Shown here: positions 29,016-50,639 of the stretch, piece by piece
Position numbering within the stretch: position 1 is the stretch's first letter
How the letters are laid out: each line of letters starts with the position of its first letter
Source: the human T2T-CHM13v2.0 reference genome, Homo sapiens
Length of the DNA: 64,000 nt
NCBI RefSeq assembly: GCF_009914755.1
Contig: NC_060943.1
Reading direction: 5' to 3' (one strand)
The notes under the pieces: model-generated
Database searches by the model: none
The model's input: only the letters and a program-made list of their open reading frames with translations
What the model was told of the DNA's origin: nothing
Program-made: the position numbers and the translations under genes

Positions 29016-31902
29016 CTTTAAAATGTAAATAGCCAAAAAGATAGCACCCTAATCAACCGTTTGTGTAGCAGAGTGAGCCGACTTTCAGCAGGCATCTGGC
29101 TTCAAGTTGCAAAACTACCTCATATCATGAAGATGGGAAAAGTTTATTTTATCACTAAATATAACCAATTAGCATACATGAATGGCCTCTCCAGTTACCA
29201 GGTGAGTTCAGGATGAACTATGTATGACATGGTGCTATATATTCTTCTACTTGTGGACTAATTATGGTGACCACTAATTATGGTGACAGACTAATTCTGT
29301 CTTTGCAATCTGTTAAGCAGATTGACTGTGATGCATGACACATTCTCGATTAATTGTGTAATAAAACATCATTCTTACTGTTCTGTCATTGTGGTGTTTC
29401 TCTGGGGATGCAGAAAATTTTTCTTTTAATTATATTTTCCAAACACTGTCAAGAATTATCAGACACAATAAAAACATATAAGGTGCCAACCAGAATTTAC
29501 TATAGAGAGGACTTTCCCTCTCAGGCTTCCAGTCAACTAACAAATTTGCTGCAAAGTGCCTGCTTTCTCTTAAATATGCAGGCAGAATTATGTCTCTGCC
29601 TGTTAGATACCTGTAGTTTTCTATAGTCACTTCTAGAGAGACTAGACCAGATTTCTACAGACTTGACAGGGCAACAATCAACCATTTTACCTCTTTCTAT
29701 GACTCTTGTATCTTCAGTCCTGAAACTGACTCACAGACCCTGGACCCCAGGTACCCAATCAGAGTAACGTGTGCACTGAGTAGACATGTGGAAATGAGAG
29801 TCTCCACGTTCCCCTTTCTCCTCTTGCTAAAATGCCCACAAATGTGCAGGTACCACCTGCTGCTACTCTATCCATCCAGAGCCTAAATCTGCAGCTCCAA
29901 ATTCTGAATCTAGGTCTTGAGATTTGGAAAATAAAAAAAAACTTTTCTCTGAGGAATGCAAGTCTTTTTAGTTGTCAAACTCAGAGAGAGATTAAAATGA
30001 GAGCACATTTATGTCCTTCTCCCCTTTTTGAATAATGTACTTATCTCTTGAAAGCATTTGCTATTGCCACCAGTAGCTATAACCTAAACTAATAATGCCA
30101 CTCTGGACACTATAATTCATACTGTAAACCTTAATGATGTACATCGAATCAATAATCAATGTTATTTCTGTAAATAAATAAAAATTTCTGATAAATTTGT
30201 ACCAGCCCCATCTCTGTCCATCTTTTTTTGGCTTTACAAATCCACTTGTAACTGTTGCTAAACAAAGTTTAGATTTCAGGCAACTTGAATCTTTGCTCCC
30301 AGGTTATAATCCTCAAGCTTGGCCCAAATAAACTGTCTACATATATTCATGTTACCTCAGCTTATTTCTTTTAGGTAGGCATATTATTTAGAATGTACTA
30401 GAGCAGCCTCTATGAGGGGATTTCTCTTTTGACTGTACTCCACTTGCTGTCACACCCGAGAATGCAAAGCCAGGCTGATCTGACATAGAATCTGCATGTA
30501 AGATCTGACCTCTGCCTGGGATTCACAAAGCAAGGTCAGGCTTTGGATTTAGAATGTACAGAAAACAAACAGGAAACATTTTCTGCATGGTGAGATGTCA
30601 ACATAGATGTCTTGAAGTTCCCATTTGAGAATGTGGCTCTTTGAGTTTTTCAGGTCTTGTCTAGTGACCTGCTGCAGTTATGTGAGGGGCTCCAGGTGTA
30701 AATAGAATCTGATGGCAGAATCTATAAGCGTAAACAAGCATCTTCAGAGTAAGAGATTAAGGCCACAAAGTATCCAGAGCCTCCACCAAACTACACCTAT
30801 GTGTTAAATGTGATACTGGAGTAGAGTATTCTTGTCCTTTGTTTGTTTGTTTGTTTTTAACCCAAAAGCTAGCTAATCAGGATGGGTGATTAAAGTTCTG
30901 GAGCTTCACCAGGGCAGTTCAATTTTTCATTTAGCCTGAGTGTCTCTTCCCGGACTTATCAATGGGCCATCAGCTCAGAAGCACTGGGAACCTCTCACAA
31001 TCACCAGGACATCTACTAGAAATTTGAAAATGTCCAAAACAGAATTGTGTCGAGCTGACAAAAGTGTATAATTCTGCTTTTGTTCAGTTTAAGTAAAATA
31101 GTTTACTCTGTGTTTTCCTCCCCTCATACATGAGATATCTTTGGTTGGTACCCAGATGAGAGTTTCTCCAGTTTCCTGGTACTTGAGTGAAAAACAAGGA
31201 AGATGTCTGGAGACTCAAACAGATCAACTAATAGTTTCCATTTCATATGACCATTAGAAAAATAGCTGAAGTAGTTATGGCCCCTACCATCCAGGAAATT
31301 TTAGTCTAGGCCATCAACTAGAGAAAATGGCTAATTTGAGCATCATATGGTGGGTACAATGAATAGATGTGTGCAACAAAACTTGGGCTTTATTTGGGTC
31401 ACTTTCTTTATATTGTTGCGACTTCTGATGTTATCACCTAAAGGGATATTTATGGAGAGAAGACTTATTATTTCTGTTCTTTTTACCTTGCTAGGAATAC
31501 ATATTTATCTTCAAATAAAATTATCCTAGAAAACTTTAAGAGATTTGTTTAAATTGCCTGTTAGTATGTGTTATAAAATTAACAGGGCAGTGGCTAAAAA
31601 AGATTAAAGTTACACAAACTCTGGGATTTAAGTTTCTCTTAGGTAAGTTTACAAAAACAGAACTCAAAATACCCACTGTCATAGAGAACAGAATTCTGCT
31701 TAGGAACCTCTCCCTGTCCCAGTTCTGTTTAGATTCACCCTCTATGAAGGCCTTACTAAGGTCTGGCCCAACCCTGGAGTTTTGCCTCACAGAACTGATA
31801 AGAAGAGATGAGAGTTTTGAATCCTTTTGCCTCTCTAGAGCTGATGCTCAAAATTTTTTAAAAATCCAAAAGCAGATGAATGGGATAAATAATGTATTTT
31901 AG

Positions 31903-32291
<389 letters not shown>

Positions 32292-34346
32292 TAGTTGTTC
32301 CACAAGTCACAAAAAAAGTAAATATAAACACAATACAAATTCTGCTAAACTATACAAACTCTTTCTATATCCCTTTCACCTGTCTATATTTAAGTTTTAT
32401 TCTATACATTTAAAAAAAGTCAATGACAGATAATCAGAAGAAGACATAAAAATGCTAGCCCCCCCCTCTCTAAAATCTGGGAATTATTAAAGACAGTACC
32501 AGGGAATTATTAAAGACAGTACCAGCTCCCAGGGTGTTATGAGGATTAAATCACAAAGTACGTTATACCCAGCACAGTGCTCTGTAACATACTCTTGAGC
32601 ACATAGTACCTGCTTAATAAACATTGCATTAGTACATGTGCACATGTTGGTTTCCAAATGTAAATTTATTCAAACGTTGCTGACTTCTGTTTGTTCTGTA
32701 AACTTTAAAGAACCAGCAAAGAATAAGGAAATTGGTTGTCTTCATTTGTCCTAGAAGTATGTGTGTTGTGACGAGGGTGTTCAGTGTAAGGGACTCTTTG
32801 CTGTGCCTGCTTTCTCTAATTACTGCTAATGATGAGCCCAGGGGAAGCAACATCAGCATTAACAGGGAACTTGTGTAAAATACCCACTTACAGACACTTT
32901 CCAAGCCTGCAGGATTATATCACACAGAGTGGGGCCAAAGTTACCACGTGATTTTAAAGCTTATTAAAGCTTGAGGGGCAATGCTTAGCTAAATGGTTAT
33001 CAGCCCATGTTTCTAGTTAGGATTACATGGTTAATTTGCCAAAATCTCTTTACTTATGCCTTTTTTATTTTACAGGTTCTATTTATTATTCTGAGTAGAA
33101 GCATCCATGTTGTTTAAATTAAGTGCCTCATGTGACCCTTAGGTGAGGCCAGAATCAAGTATGAGAGGTTCGAGATACATTTATGAAAGTTAAGTTCCAC
33201 CTTTGAACTAAAGGGTGGTCACAGGGCCTGTTCTGTTTGGATTTGGTAGTGACAGGAAAGTGTAGCTCATATTTTCATTACTGTAGCAGAAATTGATGGA
33301 GTCTGTTAAAAGGGAGGTCACCTGAGGACAGGAAAGAAGAAGCTTTTACTTTTATTTCCATGGAGCAGCTCATCATTCCTGAGTCTTTATTTTAATATAA
33401 AAAACAGAAATGGGTGGACTTTTTTTGCAGCTCTGGGTCCTTCTGCTTGTGGGCGTGGTGGTAGTAGGTGAACATGTGGTGCTGACACCTTTAAAGGCAT
33501 ATTCTCCAGATCCAGGTGTAATTTGTCCGGAGAATCTCATCTGAAGTGAATTTCCAGAGAAGGAGTAGAAAGAGGAAAAAATGACTTTTTTTCAGCTAAA
33601 CATGCCTCAGATAAAGAGCTGTGTCCACTCTGCCTCCTGGAATGCCGTGCTTTCAGTACTTGCAAACCTTAATCTCTCTACTTGTGTTTTTTCTCCCTAA
33701 TAAGTTTGTTTTAAGTATGTTTTAAATTTTTTATGGTAGTCAAAGTTCTCTGAAAAATATTTCTTTCCTATATACCAGAGCTTTCTCTACATTCTCTACA
33801 TCATGGCTTCTTATATGCCATGCAAAATTCTCACCAGGAATTTATGGTCTGCAATATTAAAAATGTTCCCCTTGTGGTGTTGAACATGGGAAGTCACGGA
33901 TACTGAAGATTCCTATTGGGAAAAGCTGGGGTCCTTAGTAAAGATGAAGAACATCTAATGTTGAGATTCCATCTGAGCTCCCCCTTAGCTCTATGCAGAA
34001 CACTGTTTAGAAAATGCTGATTTAAACAAGATGGTATTTATTACACAAAAACTTCTAAAAAATTTATTAGGAGATACTTGCTATTAGAGTGTTAAAGACA
34101 GACTATTTAAAATCACTACTAAAAATGACAAATTTTCGAGGTAACTTCTAACTCAACATATCTTTTACATCTGAAACATATACATAACTGATTCTCTATG
34201 ATGCAAGTAGAACACTGAAAAGTGTACACATTTGTGTTTATACTTTATCATCCAGAAAAGTATTATAGATACACTGGTGTTGTGGATCTTATGCCATTCT
34301 CTTTTCTCAGGATTAGAGATATTAGGAAATATTTCTGTGTAAATAA

Positions 34347-34760
<414 letters not shown>

Positions 34761-35165
34761 TAAATGAGTTTCAGATCTGTGTTTTCAAGAAAATCTTGGG
34801 GATTTGTCCATGTATAAAATAACTTTTTCAGGATGTTTCATCTTGACCTGAAATTTCCACATTCCTGAGCTGATCTGTGTCCTTTACTCTAGATTAGCAG
34901 TAATTTCATTAATTTAGTGACATAAAATATTGTTGTCCATAACTTAAAATCTAATTGCCAACACCAAGTTTTGACTCAGTATTACTGGATAGTGAAATTA
35001 ATAACCTACAAATTTAAAATATTTAATAAAATTCCCTGTTAGAAATCAGTATTTTGTGATTACTTTATGAAAATATTTTATTACACCCTCTTTTCTGAAC
35101 ACAGAAGTAGGTTGGTAACTGGAGAATATGAGCAAAATTTACATTATTCATTTGTAATGAAATAG

Positions 35166-35261
35166 GTATTGCTGTCTCTAAGCCAGACCTGATCATCTGT
35201 CTGGAGCAAAAAAAAGAGCCCTGAAATATGAAGAGACATGAGATGGTGGATGAACACCCAG
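35166..35261 (+). pseudogene. KRAB-B exon (96 nt) with premature TGA at 35222-35224
   Basis: AATAG|[37 protein letters not shown]. The conserved EPW is mutated to EP*. Confidence 0.95.
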
Positions 35262-35699
35262 GTAGGTGAGAGTGAAGGTGAATACAATGTTTAACACAAA
35301 TGAGAGGTCTAAAAATTAAGGAGAAAGCCAGTTGTTAAAATATGAGTTGGAAAGCTGTGTTTTATAGGAAATAGTTTCTGGGAAGCCTAAGGGTTTTTTG
35401 TTTGTTTGTTTTGTTTTGTTTTATCTCAAATTTGGACATCTTCTGTTTTATGCTTTTAAATTTTCTAAGGATTCTGCTTTCTTTTTAGTGATCTTCTTTC
35501 AAGTTTTCAGTGCGAGCCACTACCCTGTTCATGGCATATAAAAAACTGCACAGTCTGACTACTTTTACATTCTTTTTGGGAACACACAAATCTGCATAAT
35601 TTTAAGAAACTCTGTGTTAAACAATTTTTTAAGTTTTCTTTTTGTATCATGTGTAAAATGTGAATTGTAGTTTCTGTTCCTTTTTTTTGGTTCATTTTT

Positions 35700-36380
35700 C
35701 TGCACATTTCATCTTGTTTATATTACTATAGTCTTCAAATATAGTTTGAAGTTAAAAAGTATGATGCCCTGTGCTTTGTTTTTATTTTTAAGATTGCTTT
35801 GACTATTCAAAGTTTATTGCAGTTTCATGGAAATTCTAAAATTGTATTTTCCATTACTTAAAAAATTGCCACTGAAATTTTGATAGAGAGTTTATCGAAT
35901 CTATAGATCACTTTGGATAACACGGCACTTTAACAGTATTTATTTTTTAAATGCATAGACATGAAATATTTTTAAATTTATTTATGTCTTTTCTAATTTC
36001 TATTACTGATGTATCATTATAAAGACTTTTTACCTCCTTTGTTAAATTTGTTCTCAGAAATTTATCATTTTAATGCTATTGTAAATAAGATTGTTTTCTT
36101 CCTGTATTTTATCAGAGAGCTTGTCTTAAGTGTATGGAACCCTAACTTGTAAGTTAATTTTATATTTTCCTAATTTATTGATTGTATTTAGTAGTTTAGA
36201 CAGGTTTTAATGTACTGTTTATGATTTTATATACATAGGATCATATGATCTACAACCAGCAACTTTTTACTTGTTTTCCATTTGAATGGCTCTTTTTTAT
36301 TTTTCGACTAATTCTTCTGCCACATACTTTCAATGCTATGTTAAAATAAAAGCATTGACAATGGGCACAATATAGTTTTG
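35700..36380 (-). mobile_element. Old L1M fragment
   Basis: Antisense ORF2-like AGATTGCTTTGACTATTC...GAATCTATAGATCACTTTGG. Confidence 0.75.
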
Positions 36381-38461
36381 CGTTGGTGTATGTGAATTTG
36401 AAGGAGCAAAGACCTCTTCAAGTTTTTTAAACTGCTTTCAGGAGGTAAAGATCATCTTTTGTTGGGCCCCCAGGGTGATGGGATGCCCTCTGGGTTTGTA
36501 GTAAAGAGGGGTTGCAGCTTGGTCACCAGGCTGCTGGATCTGCACTAGGGTCCACCTTTAGCTGGCTTGTTACAAGGGGATTTGGTAGTTGTAATTCCCA
36601 TTTTATATTTTGGATAGATTGAATTTCTTTTGGTACTTTGCTCTGTAGGGCAGACACTAGTGCAGGTTTCTGCAGTCCAGTCTGCATAAGGTGGGCCTTA
36701 TGTCAAAATGTGGATGAGTACAGCTTTCACTGAGTACCAGAAAGAATTTTTCCAGGTCATTGTGTGGGTTCCTAGGTAGGCAGAACTGGCCATTAACTGT
36801 GGCTCATGGAGCTGAAACTGAGTCATTGAACTGCTTCAAGAACCATGGTAAAGGCCAAGGTCTGCAGGCCTGCCTGCGTGGCTATAAATGAATGTCTTCC
36901 TCCAGGCCTCTGGAAGGGCAGGACCTCTCTCAGATTGTGGCTGGAAGGAGTTTGAGATGGTTACACCGTAAGTTCAGAATTTTCTGTTGTGCCAAGCTAG
37001 GTAGGCCACTTCCTAGTCTGTAGTTAAGAACTTCCTAGTCTGTAGTTTACCACCTAAATAAGGGCCTGCCTTCTGAAAAGAAGACTTTTCAATCTTGGGC
37101 TTTATCAGATCTTCACAACTCCCTCTCTGGATCTCAAAGCTCTCTTAAAGGCACTTATATTTGAGATGGGGTCTTGCTACACAATCCAGGCTGGTCTTGA
37201 AATCCTGGCCTGAAGCAATTCTCTAACCTGAATGTACCATGTAGCTGTCATTACAGGTTTGAGCCATGAGGGCCTGGCTCTCTCATGTAGGTATTTTTGT
37301 GAGAGATGGCTGACAAATTATCTTGCTGTGCAGGGAGTAAGAAAATAGGGTACCCTTCCTTCTTCCATCTTACTGATTTCACTCTCTTTATACATTTTTA
37401 TTCTTTATTTTCTATTACAAATTTGTAATTTTAGATTCAGAGATTTAGAACAATATTCTAGAATTTACATGTTATGCCTGAAGTAAATTAGATAATTAGT
37501 AGACACTCCATATTTACTAAAACAGTTACTTATAAATTTAAGCTTGCTGTAGGCAAAAAGGAATTATAGGATTTGCACCCACTTTTTCAGCCTATATCTA
37601 AATAATCACATAATTTTCTCCCATATATTTGTTTTAGGCTCTAACCATATTCTGCTTACATTTAGCAATGTAAGGCTATTCTTTGCTTCTAAAGTTGGGT
37701 CACAGCAGTTTTATTTTGTGTAAGAATAGCATATATTTAAAACATAAAAATTATTTCTAGTTTTAAAAAAATGTTTAAAGTTTCTCATGAGAATCTTTTA
37801 TTTATGACTATACTGCAATTTCTCTGAAATTTTACAGCCATATAGTGTATGTCAATGATTTAAAATACCTGCCTTCCATGAGTACACAGTTAGTCAAATA
37901 CTGTAGTTATCTAGACAAATCCTTTCTTCATAGTACATCAATATTGCAAACCAGAATTTATGAATAAACATTTCTCTTATTATTGTTTTCCAGTCTATAT
38001 TGGTGTTTTATAATGTTGGTTTCTTAACATCAGTTTATTGTGGGTTTTGATTTTACTTAGGTACTATAATATTAGACAATTTGCAATTCTATTTGTACAC
38101 TTTAAGTCAATGTGGGGTTTAATTATAAATCAGCCATATGTCTATCACAATCAGATTATATACATGTGTGTGTATCTATAAATATAACCCTAATTTTTGT
38201 TATGGCTTATCTTGTATACATTCTCTCTTAGCTGAATGGTTGTTTTTTCTTGTCCAAGTGAAAAGTCAAGGAAATAGTCTTATTTTCACCATGTGTTTAA
38301 TGATGAATATATATGTCCTTTGTGTGAGAGAGGCACTTTTGTGATTTGAAGGTAATTTTTGAAAAAAATTATAATTCTGTATTTTTTCAGTTTTTCTTTG
38401 AAAAACATTGTTGTAAAAACATAAAATTTACCATCTTAAATCTATTAAAGTGTACATTTCA

Positions 38462-38740
38462 GGGCTAGGCATGGTGGTGGCTCACATTTGTCATCCCAGG
38501 ATTTTGGGAGGTGAAGACAGAAGAATCGCTTGAGCCCAAAAGTTTGAGAGCAGCCTGGGAAACATATGGAGATTCTCTCTCTACAAAAAAATTATAAAAA
38601 TAGCCAGGCATGGTGGTATGCACCTGTAGTCTCAGCTCTTTAGGAGATTGATGGTGGAGGATTACTTGAGCCTGGGAGCTTGAGGCTACAGTGCGCCTCA
38701 AGCTTGGGTGACAGTGAGACCCTGTCTCGAAAAAAGAAGC
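38462..38740 (+). mobile_element. AluJ
   Basis: Diverged dimer with J-type GCTTGAGCCC. Confidence 0.85.
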
Positions 38741-40400
38741 TGTACATTTCAGTATTGTTTAGTATATTCATATTATATAAAAGAGTTCCGTAAATTTTTC
38801 ATTTTGAGAAACTAAAACTCAATACTCATTAAGTAACAACTGCCCATTTTACCCTCTCCCCAGCCCTTGAGACTCATAGAAACAAAACACCCTTCCATGT
38901 TTTGTTTCTATGAGTGTGACTAATTAAGATATCTCATATAAGTGAAATCATATAGTATCCATCATTTTGTTACTGGCTTATTTCAGGTAACATAGTATTA
39001 TCATAGTTTATCTTAAAATATGACAGGATTTACTTAAGGCTGAGTAATATTCTACTGTGTGTGTATGTGTGTGTGTGTTCGTGTGTGTGTGTATAACATG
39101 GTTTTTGATGTGTTTATAAGTCAAGGAATATCTAAGTTGCTTCAGCCTTTTAGCTTTTGTGAGCACTGGCACAAAAAACACAGATGTTCAAACTTGTCTT
39201 TCAGGTCCTGTGTTGCATATTTTGGATATAAATTCATAAATGAGATTGCTGTATTTGATGATACTTTTATTTTAATAACTTGAGGAACATTTATACATTT
39301 TGAAATAATGACTACATCCTTGTTTTCCACCCACAATCAACATGACTGTCATTTTTATTGAATCATCAACAGATTTGGTATTTCTAAAAAATTGATATCT
39401 GTCATTCTATTAAGTATAAGGTGATCTTGTTTTTCAATGTAATTTTTATTCATTTCTTTACAAATGGTAATTCTGCATGTTTTTTCAAAGCGTTTTCCCA
39501 TTTGTGTATTTTTTTGATAAAAATTTAGTTCAATTATTTCTAAATCAAGTTATTCAACTTCATTGTTCAGTTTTAAGAGTTGCTTATATACTTTTAATAT
39601 TAATTCCTATCATATGTGATTTGCAAATACTTTCACCCACTTTCTGAAAGGCATTGTTACTCTATTGAATGTTTTCATTGACATGCAGAAATTTTGGAGT
39701 ATAGTGTAGTTAAATTTTTCTTTTTTTCTTTGTTGCTCATCCATTTAATGTCGTATCTAAGAGAATGGTGCCAAGACCAATGTCATGTCTTCTCCCTATA
39801 TTTTTTTCTAAGAGATTTGTTAGTTTTTTAATGTCTAAGTATTTTATTTAAAATACTTTTCATATTTGGTTCAAGGAAATGATCTAACTTTATTTTATCG
39901 GTGTTGATATCTAGTTTTCAACATTATGTTTTGAAGAGATTAGCTTCTCTCTATTGTGTGCTCATGGCAACTTTGTGGAAAATCATTTGATTATACGTGG
40001 AAGGGTTTATTTCTGGGCTCTCTATTGTCTTTCACCTGTTTATCTATGTGTTAGTACCATATTGTTTGTCTTATTTAGCTTTTAATACGTTTTGAAATCA
40101 GGAAATATAATGCTTCCTTGTTTTTTAATGGGTGTTTGGCTATAGTTTATCATTAAATTAAAAAATTTTAAACAATATGTTTGTAAAAAATTGTGCTATT
40201 CAGATTTTTATAGAGATTATAATAAATCTGTTCACCACTCTAGGTTGTATCGACATCTTTGAAGGATTAAATATTTTTACCCTCAAGCCAAGAATATGCT
40301 AAAGAGTGTGTTTTATTTTCATATATATTTGGATTTGCCAGTTTTACTTTTGCTCTTAATTTCTTGTGTTATTCAGTTCTGGTCAGAGAACACATATGAT
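38740..40400 (-). mobile_element. Old L1M(A/B) 3' fragment
   Basis: Antisense L1M 3'UTR/ORF2 motifs (CTCATATAAGTGAAATCATATAGTA). Confidence 0.7.
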
Positions 40401-40429
40401 TTTGGTCTTCTTAAATTTATGTCTTGTTG

Positions 40430-40715
40430 TTTGAGGCAGGATCTTACTCTGTCACTCAGGCCGTAGTGCAGTGGAATAATTTTGGCTCACTGCAGCCATA
40501 ACCTCCCAGGCTCAAGTGATCATTTCAGCTCAATCTCCCAAGTAGCTGACACTATAGCAATGCATTACCCTGCCTCACTAATTTTGTGATTATTTGTAAG
40601 GACAGGGTTTCACTGTGTTGCCCAGGCTGGTCTCAAATTTCTGGCTCCACATGTTTCTCCCATCTCAGTTTTCCAAAATGTTGAGATTATAGGCATCAGC
40701 CACTGCACCCAGCTG
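40430..40715 (-). mobile_element. AluJ
   Basis: Diverged reverse dimer. Confidence 0.85.
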
Positions 40716-40842
40716 GTATTCTCAAATTTAATAAGACTTGGTATGTGTCCTAACAGAATATACCAGGCACAAATAAGAATATTGTGTATTCTCTTGCTTT
40801 TGATTAAAAAGGTTTGTATATGCCTGTTAAGCCTGATTGGTC

Positions 40843-41240
40843 TGCAATATTGTTTGGATTTCCATGTTCTCCAAATCTTATGCTGCAATGTAATCCTCAG
40901 TGTTTAATGTGGAACAGGTGGGAGGTGTTTGTGTCATGGGGGCAAATTCCTCATGAATGGCTTGGCACTAGCTTGTTAATCAAAGTGTTTACACTCTGTT
41001 AATTCAAAGATTGGTTCATTAAAAGAACCTGGCTTCATTATCTCACACTTGCTCTTTGTCTTACCATCTAATACGTCCTGTTACTCTTTGCCTTTCACCT
41101 AATTGTAAGCTTCTGAGATTCTCACCAGAAGCAGATGCTGACACACACTTTTTCTACAGTCTGCCAAACTGTGAGCCAAAAAAACCTCTTTGCTTGATGA
41201 ATTATCCACTCTCAGGTATTCCTCTCTGCAAAACAATTGA
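40843..41240 (+). mobile_element. MaLR LTR (MSTB-like)
   Basis: GGGAGGTGTTTGTGTCATGGGGGCAAATTCCTCATGAATGGCTTGG...CCAGAAGCAGATGCTG...ACTGTGAGCCAA. Confidence 0.8.
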
Positions 41241-41545
41241 ATTTGGCAATTTGCTTCTAGAGGCATTATGTTATATTGGGGAGCAGAAAAACCGTGTTGG
41301 GTAAATATAACAGACTTTTCTTTTTCTTCTGTGAGGTTCTTTATATTGTGCTCACCTGGGACACTGTCCACACTTAACTCATTTATAAATTTTCCACAAA
41401 AGTATTTTGGTCAGTATGATTTTGTTAACTTTATATGTCTAGGAAGAAATTATGGTCTGTGGTATTGTGCTATGTCATCTTGCTTATGTAGTTTGTGTAA
41501 TTTTATAGATTAGACTTAGAAAGTATATTAGAGTCTAGCAATTAA

Positions 41546-44330
<2,785 letters not shown>

Positions 44331-44864
44331 AAATCAGAGTGCTAAGTATAGAAAATAATCTAGAACTAAGTTGGTAAATAAATTATTTGTACATCACTTT
44401 AAAAGAAATAGAATTTTTTAAATGTTATAATTACAAGTATACTTTGGTCCTTAAAATTAGATATTTTAAACAAGAATAATGATGCAATTCTACTCTCAAA
44501 TTACTTCATGCTCTATTTTCCTTCCTACTGTATTCACCTGTGAAAGCATGTTACTAATTGCTGCATCAAAAATATAAGAGGTTTTTTTTTATTAGGTGGG
44601 CATTATTTATGACCTTTTCTATGGAAGAGAAAAGGCATTATAATGTAAGACGTGATGAAATTGTAAGTGGAGAGACTCTTTTTAGTTAACACGTAGTATT
44701 AAGTAATGCATGAGTTAGATGTTCAGAGTAATATTCTACATTATGGTGATAACATTTTTAATTTTAGTTAATTAAAATTTATTAGTAGTATATCATTTTA
44801 CTAATAGTACTTTTATGTAATAGAATATAGTACATTATTAAATTTTTAGATTAAGTGTGAACTT

Positions 44865-45263
<399 letters not shown>

Positions 45264-47439
45264 TAAAAGATGGTAACAATATACTATTTGGTAACATAAT
45301 GGACTAACATTTCTAGTAATCTCTTTTGCCAGTGACTTTAAAGTGCGAAGAAGTTAAAGAATATTGTTTCCATAGGTTAAATATTTACTCGTTTTTTCTT
45401 ATTTTAGCTTATTTGTCTTAATTTTTGTGAGTACATAGTATGTGTAGGTATTTATGCTATATATAGCCTATTTGGATACAGGAATAAAATAGGTAATAAT
45501 CACATCAGGGTAAATTAAGTATCCATCATCTCCAGTATTTATCCTTTGTATTAGAAACGAATTCTACATTTTTCGATATTTTAAAATGTACAATTAAATT
45601 GTTATTCACTACAAGGTCATGTTTATGATCATAATAAAAGTTATATACAATTATAAATAAAATCCATACATTTCTGAGTCCAAAATAAACATTAAAAATT
45701 GTTACATATCTTTCTTTGAATATATGACATCTCTGCCTGCAAACACATACAGACTTTTAGTTTTGATTTACATAGAGTTAAATATACACATACATTACTC
45801 TAAAGATAAAACCTAATTTTCTTAGGTTTAAGAAAATTATGGAGTAAGTAAGCATGTTTGAATGAGTTTGTACCTATTTTCAGAAGAAAAAAGCAATATT
45901 GGAAGAAAATGAATCATTTTAATAAGGTGACTAGAAGACTAAAAACCTCAAAAATGCTAAAAGCAAATTGATACCCTCTGCTTTTTATTGAATTGATTAC
46001 TGTAAAATCTTACAGCTAATGGATCAGAATCTCCTTATGCAAATTTTTTGTCTTTATTTGTCTGGTACTCATGCTAGACCCATAATTTTCTTGTTTCTCA
46101 TAATTTTTCCCTTTTATAGCTTATGAGATTTTCATTATGTGAGCTGGTCGAGGATTGTATGAATGATTTTTATACAACTTAGTAGTGCACAGAAAATAAT
46201 TTCTAGATGTAATTCCACAATTCGTTTATTAAGTTATATTTTATTGAGTTAGAACATTCCATTTAGTTCTTTTAACTGGAGAACCCTATAGAAGCCTACT
46301 TTTTTTAAGTTATTGTTCCTTTCACTTTTTATAATTGACAGAAGTAAAATTGACCTATTGATCCAGCCAGTTTGTTCAGGTAAGTACTAGGGAAGTTTCA
46401 TAAGTCATGAGGATGTTTATATATATAAATATAGCAAACAAACATGGCAGTGTAACTGATGCTCCATAGAAAGGCAGAAATATTCCCGTGAAAGTTAGTT
46501 TCAACTTCATGTAAGAGATAGAAAATATTAATGGTGAACAAATAACTAATTCTTCATGTGAAGAGTCATTTTTTTTTCAGGCTGCAAAGCTGGATCTTGC
46601 TGAATTTAAAGAGGAATTTTGCTTCTTTTATATTCGAATTATCTTTAGTTTTCTTTGTCTAATTCTGTGTTTTTCAACTGTGTGTGCATCACAGCCCTTC
46701 TTTGTCTTTTTCTGTTTTATGGCTACAATTTTCTCATAATCATTTTCATGCCATGTCATTTAGGATGGTAATTTGTTGGTTTTGATAAGAAAGTTGGTAT
46801 TTTTAATGCACTTTAAAAAATGGTTTTAACTGGAGAGTTTGCTTATGCATATAGCTTTCAAATGAGTTAATTAAGATAAAAGGCACACACTGTTCACAGG
46901 TAAGAGAATTAAATCAGTTAGCATCATTTTTCTCTGTACACAGAAAATCTCATTAAATTCTTACAAAGTTTGGCAAGTATAAAATGTGCTAAAATATATA
47001 TCTTAGAATTTAAATTTTTAAGAGCTAATAAGTGAATTGTAAATTTAATTTTCTATGATATAGAACAATGTACATTTCCATGCAGAATCTTCTATTTTTA
47101 AGTGTAATGTTAAACATTTCAAAGTAATAAAGTGACCTCTGTAGATTTAAAATTTGGAATAATATTTTTTGCATATTGATATTACAATTTGGGGAATTTC
47201 TCACTCTTATATCAGTTTTTTTGGTGGGTGAAGTTTACAGTTTTTATTCTTAATCACCTAATGGTAGACAACTTTTTGGTCATTTTCTCTGGAAAACATT
47301 TGGAGATCATGTCAGATTTTGGATTAAAGCTTTTTTTAATTATTTCGTATGCAAACTTGTTTACTGTGTTCTGAGTGGCCAGTCATGAGACCATAAGCAA
47401 CACCTGCCCTCTTAGTGTCTTTTGTACCATCTGTAATGA

Positions 47440-50630
<3,191 letters not shown>

Positions 50631-50639
50631 TATGGATGT